From contig PDIP01000033.1 of the NCBI GenBank assembly GCA_002811645.1, positions 182,556 to 246,555 on the forward strand: 64,000 bases of DNA, given 5' to 3'. Of the stretch, positions 34,131 to 45,588 are shown piece after piece. Position 1 is the stretch's first letter. The number at the start of each line of letters is the position of its first letter. A program made the position numbers and the translations under genes. Source of the stretch: Corallochytrium limacisporum Hawaii (lineage: Eukaryota; Protista; Pluriformea). The notes beneath the pieces were generated by a model. It was not told the origin of the DNA, did no database searches, and saw only the letters and a list, made by a program, of their open reading frames with translations.

Positions 34131-36161
34131 ATGCCAGACGTTGACGCTGCCCGCCACAGCGCCGGAGCCTATGGATTTCCAGATGATCTGGACGAATGGG
34201 TAATGATTACAAGGGGCATGATTGATCATGCAGGTTCCTTTGATGAACTCATGGAGGCTCTAAAGTCATTGGAGAGGTGTGTTCAGCAATATCGTGTCAC
34301 TAGTTTTGATGATACCATCAAAATCAGCCAGGTAGCTGCGGCTATAGCGGAAGTCCTGGTCACCTACGTTTGCCCAGCAATTGCAGTACAGCGAAAACAC
34401 TTAGTTATACTACTTTGGACCTTAATTTGCTTACAAAATGACCTCTACAAGGACGCGCGGGCCATTGAAAAGACTGAGCTCCCTAAAGTGAAGATCGGTG
34501 ATAATGCCATCAAGACTATCTTCGAACGGATACGAAAATTTCCGACCAAAGATGACGTACACGTCTTGCCAGGTTTGCTAGTCTACATTGTGACGAAAAC
34601 TATTTGGGAAAGTTCCCCTTACACATCAAGATGGAAGGGCTCTCTGTCGATAGTATTGGAGCTTCAGGTGAGAATTCGGGCCGGCGGGCAGACCGAGGAA
34701 GAGGAACTCAAGGTGGGCTTTGAGGTCGCTGAGGAGCATCTTCAAGAGCTTGCAAACATGTACTTTGTGCACAAAGTTCCTCTGCATACCAGCAACTTGG
34801 AAGTCCTGCGATTCATCAAAAATTTTGTCGTCAATCACATCCACGCGGTACGAAAAACTCCGGAACCTTTCTTTAGCTTATTCTCCACCCTGTGGCAGGC
34901 ACACATCGCATCCAATGACAAGCAAGGAAGATACGGCACTCGGTTTGGAAATTGTCTGTATTCCGTGTCTCAACAACTTTGTAAGCAGCCCTGGTGGCCA
35001 ACATTGCTACGTGAGCATCGGGAAGAATGCTGGGTCTTGAACGACCCAAAGATCAAAATCGTCATGCTCTTCTACAGCATGTGGGCATCTGTCCCGGGAG
35101 AAGAGGACAGGCACAAAGGAAGGACCTTCATCTTGCACAGTGAAGCATGGTCGACTCTCTTTGTCGAGCTTGTGAGCAATCCTACGGCTCCAATCCTTGA
35201 TGATGCCTTAGAGGAAATGATGTACATGTGGGGGGTGCACGTAAGCAACCTGGACCCTGAAGGAGCATATGTAGTTCTGAAGAGCCTAGGTCGTGCCCTT
35301 TTGAACACGAACGACCGTTTGTGGGAACGTCAGAGTTACCTGTCGCATGCATTGCGCTTGGTGTGGCAATTGCATCATCGCGTCGCTGTGGAGCAGTTCA
35401 TGCCCTGGGTCCACCAAGTTGACCCGGAACAGTATAGTAGACCCAATCTCTCCGCCCTGAGCCATGCCATTGGTCAGGCGGTAACCGTTAATGACAGCAT
35501 TGGGCAATATTGTCGCAAACCGGGCGCCTTCGGCTGGACACCACCGGAGGCACTAGTGTGGTGCAGTGTTCATAGAGATGTCATTGAGCGACATCGTGGC
35601 ACTCTTCCATACATCAAAGTAGACAAAGTGATGAGTCCACGGGAGGCGACAATCGTGGCCACGGCCCGAGCTCGACTAAACAACACGGGAGTCATTGAGA
35701 AACATCTTTGGGAGTACCTTTACCGGAAATTCACAAGCGACCAATGGGTAATGGACTGGCTCAATTACTTGCCTTTGGTACCGTATCTATCCAACGAGCA
35801 CTTTGCTGTCCTTTGGAGGGATCTGGACTGTAAAATCGGTCAGAGTTCGACGTCCTGTGGCAAGATGATCACATTTGCTATCATCCAAACCATGCTTGCG
35901 TGCATCGGCAATTACGTCAATAACCACGGTACTAATCACATGGCCCCGGAGGTCGCTGTGAAACTCCTGGAGTTTCTGGTACCAGACGCCTACACCGTGT
36001 CCCTTATGACTATCCTCGTCGATGAATTGAATGAGTTGATGCATTGTGAGGAAGTTCTCGATGTCCTCCCTGCCCTCGAGAACATAGGCGAGCTAGCAAG
36101 ACAGCGGATGGAGACCATGACTTCATCTATATCAGAAAGAGCACCAAATCATCCACATTAA
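34131..36161 (+). CDS. Hypothetical 676-aa, probably alpha-helical protein
   Basis: Long open ORF with normal composition; no family recognised. Confidence 0.8.
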   Translation: MPDVDAARHSAGAYGFPDDLDEWVMITRGMIDHAGSFDELMEALKSLERCVQQYRVTSFDDTIKISQVAAAIAEVLVTYVCPAIAVQRKHLVILLWTLICLQNDLYKDARAIEKTELPKVKIGDNAIKTIFERIRKFPTKDDVHVLPGLLVYIVTKTIWESSPYTSRWKGSLSIVLELQVRIRAGGQTEEEELKVGFEVAEEHLQELANMYFVHKVPLHTSNLEVLRFIKNFVVNHIHAVRKTPEPFFSLFSTLWQAHIASNDKQGRYGTRFGNCLYSVSQQLCKQPWWPTLLREHREECWVLNDPKIKIVMLFYSMWASVPGEEDRHKGRTFILHSEAWSTLFVELVSNPTAPILDDALEEMMYMWGVHVSNLDPEGAYVVLKSLGRALLNTNDRLWERQSYLSHALRLVWQLHHRVAVEQFMPWVHQVDPEQYSRPNLSALSHAIGQAVTVNDSIGQYCRKPGAFGWTPPEALVWCSVHRDVIERHRGTLPYIKVDKVMSPREATIVATARARLNNTGVIEKHLWEYLYRKFTSDQWVMDWLNYLPLVPYLSNEHFAVLWRDLDCKIGQSSTSCGKMITFAIIQTMLACIGNYVNNHGTNHMAPEVAVKLLEFLVPDAYTVSLMTILVDELNELMHCEEVLDVLPALENIGELARQRMETMTSSISERAPNHPH

Positions 36162-36234
36162 ACTATTGCAATATTTATGTTTCTACTGGAACATTTTTTT
36201 GACGTTGAACCCGATGGATACTTGAATACCCACG

Positions 36235-37845
36235 TCATGCTGTCTGGCCAGCTGCCTTCTGGTCAGCCGCTGCGTTTGGTGGGCCATCTATCGGTCTCTC
36301 GGTGATAGTTTGGTTTTGGTTGAGCTCTGCCCGGCTGTCCTGCTCTGGTAAAGCGGACTCTGCCGCTTTCCCCTCTTCTAGCGACCCTTTCTGTTCGTTC
36401 AAATGATTTCCTGTGCTTGCGTTGATCTCCTTTGCCGGCACCATCCGAACGTATTTCCAAACCTCATTCGTGTGAGCAAATTCCTCTGCAGCTACAATCT
36501 TTGCGCGATCTTTCCTGTTCTTCTCCGTACCCCTGTGAACTTCATCGCCATCAACCTTCACAATGCCTACAAATCGAGTCTTTCGGTTGCCATCTGTTGA
36601 GCTCTCTTCTACTTCTTCAGCTTCAAGGCTAATGCGAGAGTCCCCAATTCGCTCCTTTAACCAAACGTAAGGTTTGCGCAGTCTTTGACCTTCCATTTTG
36701 GGACCGTCCAAATACCAACCTTTAACGGTCATGCCGTTTACTTGCACAGTTGATCCTTTCACAGAAGAATTCTGCGTGGAAGCAGCACCCTTTACGGTTG
36801 CTCGGTGGCGAGAAGGGTAACTGGCAAATCTGCCTTTCAACCCTTCAATGTGAACGTCCATGATTAGCGGCCTGGCGTTGCCATCTGTCTGTGCTTCTAC
36901 AGGCTTCGGTGGCAATAGGTCGTTCTCATTCGTGAAGCGATGCTGTTCAAATGCCCACGGCTCATCAAAGTCCATATTCTGCTGCTCCTGGTTGCACCAG
37001 CCGTTCCTGCGGGTGATGAAGTCCACCACGTTGATATAGCCGTTGATCCCCGTCGGATCATGAGGAAAGGAGTTGAAGGCTTGTGGCAGAATGGCATAGC
37101 TCAACCATGCATCCTGAGCAGCGTATAAAAGCTGACGGGAGGTTAGTGGGTAATTCTCCCAGTTTGAAAGGCTGACCTTCTTGCTCTTCGCGATGCCGAG
37201 TTTGAGGAACTTTTCTGTCAACCTGCCCATACCTGGAACATTTTTGTTCGTCATTTTAAGTAAATCCATTCGCTGAAAATCCACTGCACCCTTCATGTAT
37301 ATTCCGAAATCCTTTTTGAAACGCTGATAGTCACCCTGGAGGGCTACACCGCTCTTGATCATTGCCTGATCTTCAATGAATTCGCGTAGAGCGGGAGGTA
37401 TCCGGCTAAAATATGCCAAGTGGAACAGGTAGCATGTGTCATTGTTACTAATTTGCAGTAATGCTGTAGGTGACCATCGGGTCTTGTTAAAGGCCTTCCA
37501 TTCCAAATCAAATCCCCAGAGCCGGCCTGAAGTGTTTGGATTGATCGCTTGGATGTAGGACTCAGCCTGATCTGCATCCATCGCATAGTACACCTTGAGC
37601 TGCTTCACATAGTCCGGAGTCTTTTTCTTGGGTGGTGGTGCGTCTAAATCAAGGTTTTCAGCCGTGCTGACCGGTGCATCCCCTCTGCTTTCACCCTGTT
37701 GCTGTTGCTCCTGGTGCCGCGGCTGTTCTTGTTGTGGTTCGGCTTCCGATCCCGTCGTGTACGTCGCCAGCGGCTTTAGAAGGCCACTGCGATGCGTCCT
37801 CAACGCTATCGGCAGATACCTCCGGATAGGAGGTATTCTTAACAT
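36235..37845 (-). CDS. WRN/EXD2-like DEDDy 3'-5' exonuclease with presequence and C-terminal dsRBD-like domain
   Basis: GFDLEW, ALLQI, KSGVALQGD, SNWENYPLT..QLLYAAQDA. N-terminus MLRIPPIRRYL...; C-terminal KPYVWLKE...FVGIVKVDG...G...KDRAKIVAA. Confidence 0.88.
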   Translation of the reverse strand: MLRIPPIRRYLPIALRTHRSGLLKPLATYTTGSEAEPQQEQPRHQEQQQQGESRGDAPVSTAENLDLDAPPPKKKTPDYVKQLKVYYAMDADQAESYIQAINPNTSGRLWGFDLEWKAFNKTRWSPTALLQISNNDTCYLFHLAYFSRIPPALREFIEDQAMIKSGVALQGDYQRFKKDFGIYMKGAVDFQRMDLLKMTNKNVPGMGRLTEKFLKLGIAKSKKVSLSNWENYPLTSRQLLYAAQDAWLSYAILPQAFNSFPHDPTGINGYINVVDFITRRNGWCNQEQQNMDFDEPWAFEQHRFTNENDLLPPKPVEAQTDGNARPLIMDVHIEGLKGRFASYPSRHRATVKGAASTQNSSVKGSTVQVNGMTVKGWYLDGPKMEGQRLRKPYVWLKERIGDSRISLEAEEVEESSTDGNRKTRFVGIVKVDGDEVHRGTEKNRKDRAKIVAAEEFAHTNEVWKYVRMVPAKEINASTGNHLNEQKGSLEEGKAAESALPEQDSRAELNQNQTITERPIDGPPNAAADQKAAGQTA

Positions 37846-38611
37846 GTTTAAATCTGGTTGCTCTACTGTTCCTTTCTCTAATTATCCTCAAGACGCAACA
37901 AAATCCTGGTCTACCACTGGTGGACCCAGCCAGTGAACTCACATCATGACCAGCCTCTAGCTTACCATATTTGACTTTACCTACTTCTTGCCACTATTTA
38001 GTGGTATCTTATTCATCGAATGAAATTTGATCAATGTTCTATACCTGTTCGTGCAGTCAATAGTCATGGTAAAGGTCCTTGCTGTTCTCACTGTGTCCGG
38101 GAAGTGTGCCCTCCGCTTCTGTGCGGTCACAGGGACCCACCGCCCAAAACCCGGGGCGACCAGTGAAGGGGGAACCCCGGGGGAGAACGCGGAGGCGGTT
38201 TTGCAAGGGAGAGCGCCGGGTGATTGTGAAGGGGGGCGGGGGAGGTTCGGGGCGAGGAAACGCAGGGAAGGGCCTGCACTCGTGACACATGTGGTTCGCG
38301 GACCCCAGGGGAAGGGGGTGTCGGATTTGGGAAGCTAGTGGACTGGGCTGGGTTTGTTTCTGACTCGGGCAATCGCTCAAGAGCACACAAAGTCACAGTT
38401 GACAAGGAAGCGACTTTGAGCTTTGAGCACAGCTGGAGATTTTTGGGGCTATGAACCGTCTTTCCAATGAGGTTTACAAAGTCTTCCATGTTCTCTCCCC
38501 TCGGATTGACGCCGGGGTACCAGCTATTTGAAAGCAAGGCGTTGCTTGACAAATAATGCAGTTGGAACAGGCTTTTGGAGATAAACGAAAATCAGAACAC
38601 AAATAGTCACC

Positions 38612-39112
38612 ATGAACGTTCGACGGGCAACCGTAGATGATCTTATTAATATGCAGCACGCAAATTTGCTGTGCTTGCCTGAAAATTACCAACTGAAGTA
38701 CTATATGTACCATGCACTGTCGTGGCCACAGCTGTCCTATGTGGCGGAAGATATGGACGGACAAATCGTTGGTTACGTACTGGCCAAAATGGAAGAGGAT
38801 GCTAAAGAGGTACCCCATGGACATATTACGTCCCTGGCTGTTCTTCGCAGCCACCGTCGCTTGGGAGTGGCTAATAAGCTCATGAAGCAGGCGTGCCTCG
38901 CCATGGTCGAGTGTTTTAATGCAGAGTACGTGTCGCTCCATGTCCGTGTTAGTAATCGGGCTGCTCTGCATCTGTACAAGGACACCCTTGGTTTCTCAGT
39001 ACAGGACATCGAGGCCAAGTACTACGCCGACGGTGAAAACGCTTATGCCATGCGCATGAACCTAAAGAATGTCGATGAGTATCAGCCTCCAGAGGTCATC
39101 CACTCGTACTGA
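38612..39112 (+). CDS. NAA10: N-alpha-acetyltransferase 10 (NatA catalytic subunit, ARD1)
   Basis: [63 protein letters not shown]. Confidence 0.98.
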   Translation: MNVRRATVDDLINMQHANLLCLPENYQLKYYMYHALSWPQLSYVAEDMDGQIVGYVLAKMEEDAKEVPHGHITSLAVLRSHRRLGVANKLMKQACLAMVECFNAEYVSLHVRVSNRAALHLYKDTLGFSVQDIEAKYYADGENAYAMRMNLKNVDEYQPPEVIHSY

Positions 39113-39196
39113 GCTCGACCGACCGATTCCTTTCATTCCATAGCATTGTATCATACAACCATAGCATAAACTTTACACAGAGACTTCAGTTAATTC

Positions 39197-39643
39197 ATGG
39201 GCGTACTGACACATCCTTGGTGCCTAAAAGCACAGGGACTACAGCGCCAATCTGAGATGCAGTGGGCTGAGGGGGCACAGAAACGCACAGCAGAGCAAGG
39301 GTCAAATATGATCCGCGCTGAGTTCAGTGACCTGGCCCATAAGCTGTTGCTCACGGTCACAGGCCAGCAGATGCGCATCGTCGAAATGCTCGACGAAGTC
39401 AACAGCAGAGAGACCACCATCCGCTGCGAGATTGTGGCGCAGTATGACACTATAGTACAGGGTCTGTCAGGTATCGTCTATGTGCTGAAAACCCGCTTCG
39501 TTGACCACCGCTGCGCGCTACACGATGACCTGCTCGACATGGTGGGCAAGACCCGCATGGATACGATGAGCAAAATGAAGCATCTCAGCGACGCAAAGAC
39601 GGACAGTGAAACTGAGCGGATCATTGCACGGATGAAGAGATAA
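39197..39643 (+). CDS. Hypothetical helical/coiled-coil protein
   Basis: 148-aa ORF with coding-like GC3 bias, 84 bp after the NAA10 stop. Start uncertain. Confidence 0.5.
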   Translation: MGVLTHPWCLKAQGLQRQSEMQWAEGAQKRTAEQGSNMIRAEFSDLAHKLLLTVTGQQMRIVEMLDEVNSRETTIRCEIVAQYDTIVQGLSGIVYVLKTRFVDHRCALHDDLLDMVGKTRMDTMSKMKHLSDAKTDSETERIIARMKR

Positions 39644-40056
39644 CAAAGATCAGTTGTTGCCAATTGTCTATGGAACGACACGTAACGATAAGTTGTGCTT
39701 TATGAATATGCCAATTAAATGTGTTTTGTAGTTTTAAGATGCCCGTTAAAATGTAATGGACGTGATTGGCTCTTACCATGCTCAAAGCCACGGGCGATCA
39801 ACTACCAACGACCCCCCAAGATGACTCCGACGAGGATGGTGAAAACCTATACATGATGTAACTATTATGTACTTCACAGCCCGGTTACCCAAGTCTCAGA
39901 AAGAAAGTTACTTCAACAACCATGATTCTTGCCATGCAATGCTGCTTCTGCTCCTCTTTCTTCCCAATAGAAACTCAGAATGAACCGACCAATAAAGCAT
40001 TCTTTGTGTTTTACATGCGTAAGTATGAAAATTTGTGATCAAGTAAACAGACCAAT

Positions 40057-40317
40057 TTACTTGTCGCTGAAGACGCTCTTCAGGAAGCCGTCCTTTTCAG
40101 CCAGGCGGTTCAGAGAGTCATCAGCCTCACCCATGGCACGCACGAATCCGGACAGGGCATAAGTGGTGTACTTGCCAGTGTACAGACCGGTCTGGGGATC
40201 GACGTGTCCGACGTTGATCTGCACGGCAGCGTGGTCCTTGGCACCAATCAGAGAGTTGGTGGCAGAGCACTTGCGAGGAATGTACTCGGTCTTGGAGACT
40301 GTGAAATCTTCTTCCAT
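40057..40317 (-). CDS. RPS21: 40S ribosomal protein S21 (eS21)
   Basis: [43 protein letters not shown]. Confidence 0.97.
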   Translation of the reverse strand: MEEDFTVSKTEYIPRKCSATNSLIGAKDHAAVQINVGHVDPQTGLYTGKYTTYALSGFVRAMGEADDSLNRLAEKDGFLKSVFSDK

Positions 40318-41240
40318 GGTTGCGAATGATATTATTTCCCGACTGTAAAAAATGATATCTGCTGAATTGTACCCTTGGCACTCACCTTAGAACTGTTATA
40401 CCTCAAGTAGCTCGAGTACAAGATTATAGTTTAGTTTATAACCAATGATAAGCAATGGTAATATCATACCATGTAATTATCCCAGTACTGCTGGTGGAGC
40501 AGTCAATGCCAGAGTAATGGACCAACCTAGACCCTTTTGCGACCGCTCGATTCAAGCACCGATGACCTCGTTGCCTGCTATACAAATGACGGGTGCCAAC
40601 CACCCAATGCCGATGGACCACCTAACCCGGCCCAATACCCAGTTCACACAGCGCTGGGCCTTCCCCGAACCGGTTCATTATGTACGGACCAGGTACCAGT
40701 CTGTTGTTTAAGTATAGGGCACTAAATCGGCCCATTCTTAGTATTGAATATATGGAAACAGAATTTGCGTACATCTTCCCAGAATTTCAAATTAAAAATC
40801 AACGCAAAAAGTACCGAAAGTTTTCGTCCGAAAACTTTGTGTGTTTTTCACCGCCTTCCCTCCCCCTCCCAGCGGGCCCATCGGTTTTGTGTGTGTTTTT
40901 ATACTTTCTTGGCGCCTATTTTGATATACTTTTATTTTGCATCTCTAAACTCTCGTATCGGGCAGTACATTCCCTACAGAACCCCTACGAGGCATACCTG
41001 CTCCGCCCAGTACATTCACTATACCACACGCGCACTGTGAGAAAAACCCGGAAAGCGGATAGTCGGTTCTATTACTATGAATGTGCTGCGGGCATCGCAA
41101 AAGCGGCTCCCCCCCCCTTGCCCTCTCGCTGTGTCCGTGATCCCCGCTTCCCCTCCTTCTGGCACCTGGCGACAGTTGGAGATCCCGGGCCGGCAGTAGT
41201 GGTGTGTAGATTTTAGGGAACGATGACAGAGAGAGTATGT

Positions 41241-41276
41241 GTGAGTGAGTGAGTGAGTGAGTGAGTGAGTGAGTGA
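41241..41276 (+). repeat. (GTGA)n microsatellite
   Basis: About 9 tandem units. Confidence 0.95.
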
Positions 41277-41974
41277 ATGAGAAGAGCCGCCGTGGCTAAG
41301 AAAAACCACGGACATCCGAAACAATGCTAACATGACGACGGAATCTCGTCACATCACAAGCCACTGCCTGTCGGACACGGTGGCGAGAAACTTGCGATGG
41401 CGGGGCAGGTAAGACAGATGTAACACTCTGAAACCAGAAGCACAAAAAACAAACGCCATCATTCTGCAAGATCTTTGTGTGCCATCGTCCCAACGCTGCG
41501 TGAGTTGTCAAGCGCACATCCACCCAATCCAAACTCCAACCCTCTCTCTCTCTCTCCAAAACAAAAAAAAGAAAATTGAACGAAAGAGAGGGAAGGCAGG
41601 GGGGGACCTGAGAACGGAAGGGAGGGCAGAGAGGGAGGGAGGAGAAGAGGAGGAAGAGCCGCTTTTCTTAACTTCCGCATTCCGCAGGGTCTGGTGGGCT
41701 GGCAGGGGCGATAGCCCCGGGTGGGTTTCTACCCGAAGAAAAGATTGTCGCTCAAAAGTTCCTTTACAAAACTCTCCTTTTTCTTTGTTTATGCCCCTCC
41801 GCCCGGCGGGGGAGGGAGGGGGAGGGGGAGGACCGAGCTGCGAGTTTTCATTTCTTGTCTGTCCTTTGCTTTTTTTGGCACGGAGGTCCGAAGGGGGGAG
41901 GGAGGCGGTGGGGTGGGTCTCCGTGGGACACCCCCCCCCGGGGAGCCGTCTCTCCGTTTTCCTTGTGCCGGAGA

Positions 41975-41980
<6 letters not shown>

Positions 41981-42042
<62 letters not shown>
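41981..42042 (+). repeat. (AG)n microsatellite
   Basis: About 31 units. Confidence 0.98.
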
Positions 42043-42043
<1 letters not shown>

Positions 42044-42497
42044 AGGGGCTTGGGTGGGATTTGCGCGGAGGACTTCCTTTTGGGTCCCGTTCGTTCGTCA
42101 GCGGGCGTATACGAATCGCAAGGGTCAGTGTCAGAGAGTGTGAGTGCGTTTTAGGGCGTTGTTTTGTGGCTGCGCAGGGTGTGCTTTGTTTGTTTTCTCA
42201 TACTGGCTATGTCTGTGTGGGATGAATGCCGGGATTTGATTATTTGGTCTGTAGAGATCAGCGGACATGGTGTACTGCGAGGTATTTGGGAACAACTGGA
42301 ATGTAACCCTGTTACAGATGTCCTTGGCTGAATACCCAAAGTCGGGACTGTAAGGGAAAGAGAGACTATTAGCACGGAACTAGCCGACCATCAGTCCGAT
42401 ACGAAGACCTATTAACATACACACACACACATACACACACACACACACAAACAGAAAACGTTGATCAATTTGAACAGTTTGAATATAATTCTCAACT

Positions 42498-43517
42498 ATG
42501 GAGTTTGAACTGAAGGGCGTGGCTACTGAACAGCCAAAGGATTTTGTCACCCCGAGTGCTCTGCAGGGCAATCTCGATCAGGTGCAAACCCGCCACGGCG
42601 TCATGCATGTCCGTGTGGAGGGAGAGAAGGGTAGGCCTGTCATGGTCACCCTGCCGGAACAGGGTGTAAGTAACGCCTTATGCTTTGGCACCCTTATGAA
42701 CTTTCCTCCCATGCGCACTGTCATGAGTCACATGCAGTGCTACCACCTGGACTTTCCGGGCTTCAGCCACGAATCGGGACCGTGGCCCCGTTCTGCCCCC
42801 TATCCTTCCATGGAACAGTTTGCGGAGATGGTCGCCGATGTGCTGGATCACTATGACTTGCGCTTCGTCTACTGCTACGGTATTGGTGCTGGTGCAAACA
42901 TTTTCGTTCGATTGGCGACCGTGCAGCCTAGCCGAATCAGCGGTTTGTTGCTCCAGGGCTTCCTAGCCAACGCAGAGACCTACTTTGCACGCGCCTGGAA
43001 TTACGCAACAGGCGTCCAGGCCTTTGATACCGATTCCACCCACGCCAGTTTCCGTCTGGCAGAGGTCTTTGTTGAACAATACTTTAGTCGGGCGAGCTTG
43101 GAGGCTAAGGTTGACATGATCGACGCATATCGCAGTGAATTATCGATCGCCGCAGATCACGGTGTGCTGCAGCGGATGTACCAGACCTGGCAGGCGCGGG
43201 ACGACATCAGCGCCAGGGTTGAGCACCTCAAGTGTCGTACGATCCTCATCATTGGTAAAGAATCACTCAACCAGCGAGAATATCACGCAGCCAACAAACT
43301 GTTCACTCCCAGTATTACCACGACGTACCGCGTTAGTGATGGCGCAGACATGATCCAAGAGGAGAATCCGGCGTCCGTGTTTGAGGGCATTCGCTTGTTC
43401 CTAGTAGGTGGTGACTTCCCGGCGGGCATGAAGCGGGAGTTGATGAACCTAGCGGGTGAGGTTTACAACTACATGAACGATGTGTCTGAGCCTCCTGAAT
43501 ACGCACAGGCATACTAA
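42498..43517 (+). CDS. NDRG: NDRG/Ndr-family alpha/beta-hydrolase-fold protein
   Basis: VQTRHG.MHV.V.G, CF..LMN, YHLDFPG, YPSMEQFAEM..VLDHY.L, GIGAGANI..R.A, LKCRTIL, EENP. Confidence 0.88.
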   Translation: MEFELKGVATEQPKDFVTPSALQGNLDQVQTRHGVMHVRVEGEKGRPVMVTLPEQGVSNALCFGTLMNFPPMRTVMSHMQCYHLDFPGFSHESGPWPRSAPYPSMEQFAEMVADVLDHYDLRFVYCYGIGAGANIFVRLATVQPSRISGLLLQGFLANAETYFARAWNYATGVQAFDTDSTHASFRLAEVFVEQYFSRASLEAKVDMIDAYRSELSIAADHGVLQRMYQTWQARDDISARVEHLKCRTILIIGKESLNQREYHAANKLFTPSITTTYRVSDGADMIQEENPASVFEGIRLFLVGGDFPAGMKRELMNLAGEVYNYMNDVSEPPEYAQAY

Positions 43518-43723
43518 ATACCTCGGTCGGCAGTAAGCAATCCTTTCTCAGGCCAACAAGACGTCTGGTTTACTGGATCTAGTTCGAAGGAAATGCAGCA
43601 AGCCCATTGGAGCATGGGAACATAGGGTGCAAGATGGCAGCTGTGAATAAAATAAACAAAACTCGATAACCACAATAGAAGAAGTTCGTCTGGCAGGATT
43701 TCTTTAATAATCTCAAATCGTCT

Positions 43724-45229
43724 CTACGTGACTATGTCCACGAATTTGGTGTCGTGGATCATCTGTCGGGAGGCAATGTAGCGGTGTGCAACCTCTTCAC
43801 TATCCGGAATGCGGCTCGCAACATTGGTCACGTAGGACATCAGTCCCCACTGTCCGTGATCTTCCTCGGGCGCCTCGGGCGCTGACAAGGACAATCGCGG
43901 TTGCCCTGTCCCGGAAGATGCGTCAGGTGATGAAGGCTGACTCCCTGAGCGCCTGTTGCTGCCGTCTATATCGGCACTGTCCTTGTCCTTAGTCCTGATC
44001 TTTTTCTTATTCGCTTTTGCCTCAGCTGCCTTGCGTCGCTCGTCTCTGTGAGTGTACATGTAGCTTGATGCCAGCACAGTTGCCATGAAGATGATCTGTC
44101 CCGGCTGGAATAAAGCCAAGAGTACGGTCAGCACAAGTGTCAGTGCGGCCAACTGCAGCAGAACCAGCAGCGAAATGCAGCTGTCAGTCCAATCAAATAG
44201 TGCCGTGATCTTTTCCAGCGTGGTGGCCAATTGTCCGAGCGCAGTCTGGATCAGGTATAGTTTGTAGCGAATGTTGAACATCCGCTCGATTGGATTGTTT
44301 GGATTGTCCGGATCGTCCTCAACCTCGTCATTCCAGATGCGAACGTTGGGAAACCGACGCTGTTGAAACCCAGCCACGTTCGCAAGACAGAGGATGGCGT
44401 AAAGAATCAAGGGCACCTCCCACATGTTACCAAACAGACACAGTCGGCTCAGGACCGAGAAGGCACATAAAGACAGTAGGGGGTTATGCCATTCGAGAAT
44501 ATACTCTGCCTCCATTACCCACCGCGGTTTCTTCATTGCTGCCTTGACGCGTGCCATATTGCGACGGAATCTTTCGCCCTCAAATTCGGTAATCGGTGCT
44601 GCTTTTTCCGACTCCGAAAGTGGTGCCTTTGCATAAAGGAGGAATGGCGGCAGTGAGCTGAGCAGTTCGAGTCGGTACCAGATCTTCAGGTAACCCATAG
44701 TCCTGTTCGGACGAGGCATGCCAGACTCGTCGATCTCATCAATTGCGGACTTATATTTTCTTTGTCCAAAGCCGTTCGACTTGGCCGGTGGGTAGAGTTC
44801 AAACCAAGCTTCCTGTTCCGAGGAAGCAGTGAATGCTGTGTAGAGGAGCGTCAGCGGAATTTGTACGATGCCAATGAGCTCGTCGTTCAACCCCATGCGA
44901 CGATTATGGTAAACAAGGATCCGAACATTTGAAGTAACATCCATGATCGGAAACTCTGAGCCGCCTTCCTCTCGTCCCAACCAGACTGGTGAACTGGTCT
45001 CCTGCTTCGTTGACGTGCGGAACTGATTGCCCTCAAAATTTACCACAGCGTACGGATTGCAGGAAGACCCATACTTGTACACACCGAGTGAGTTCTGGAA
45101 ACTACGCAACCCCCGTGCTTCCGAAACCATAAGACTTAATGTTCCCACTGGTCGCGGGCTATTCTCGTTCGGGGCGCCTCCGGGCGACGCAGGCGCCTGC
45201 CGGTTGAGGTTGCTGTCCATTCCCGACAT
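43724..45229 (-). CDS. C2 domain + C-terminal membrane (PRT_C-like) protein, MCTP-related
   Basis: GTLSLMVSEARGL, NPYAVV, RTSTKQETSSPVW, then hairpin hydrophobic segments and IQTALGQLATTLEKI.ALFDW. Confidence 0.82.
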   Translation of the reverse strand: MSGMDSNLNRQAPASPGGAPNENSPRPVGTLSLMVSEARGLRSFQNSLGVYKYGSSCNPYAVVNFEGNQFRTSTKQETSSPVWLGREEGGSEFPIMDVTSNVRILVYHNRRMGLNDELIGIVQIPLTLLYTAFTASSEQEAWFELYPPAKSNGFGQRKYKSAIDEIDESGMPRPNRTMGYLKIWYRLELLSSLPPFLLYAKAPLSESEKAAPITEFEGERFRRNMARVKAAMKKPRWVMEAEYILEWHNPLLSLCAFSVLSRLCLFGNMWEVPLILYAILCLANVAGFQQRRFPNVRIWNDEVEDDPDNPNNPIERMFNIRYKLYLIQTALGQLATTLEKITALFDWTDSCISLLVLLQLAALTLVLTVLLALFQPGQIIFMATVLASSYMYTHRDERRKAAEAKANKKKIRTKDKDSADIDGSNRRSGSQPSSPDASSGTGQPRLSLSAPEAPEEDHGQWGLMSYVTNVASRIPDSEEVAHRYIASRQMIHDTKFVDIVT

Positions 45230-45588
45230 CACGCTTTATTGGTTTTGTGTTAGAGTGCCCGAAGGTCCATGGCTTTACTGCTATGTCTGCGTTGTAATTC
45301 ACGAGTAAAGACAAAATCATTGACCAATTGGAATGTGATTATTGTATAATAGATTTAGCCACAGAAGTCTCGAAAATACCATCAAGTGCCCATTGCATTC
45401 CACTGCGTTTGGACCCTTGAGAGTAGGGTCCTAAGACTCCCTTCACCCATTACATCCAGCGTTTACTATGGAGATGAGCCGGCCTGCTCGACCAGAGGTA
45501 CGTATTTCATTCCCTCCCCCCCCCTCCCTTTGGTTACATTGCCATTGGCAAGAAAGACTTGATCGAAGCATTGGACACTTTTGTTTTT

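Noticed and set aside
39204-39235. TACTGAC...CACAG as a 3' splice site joining NAA10 to the downstream ORF
   Set aside because: The branch-to-AG distance is longer than in the supported introns, and there is no good upstream donor.
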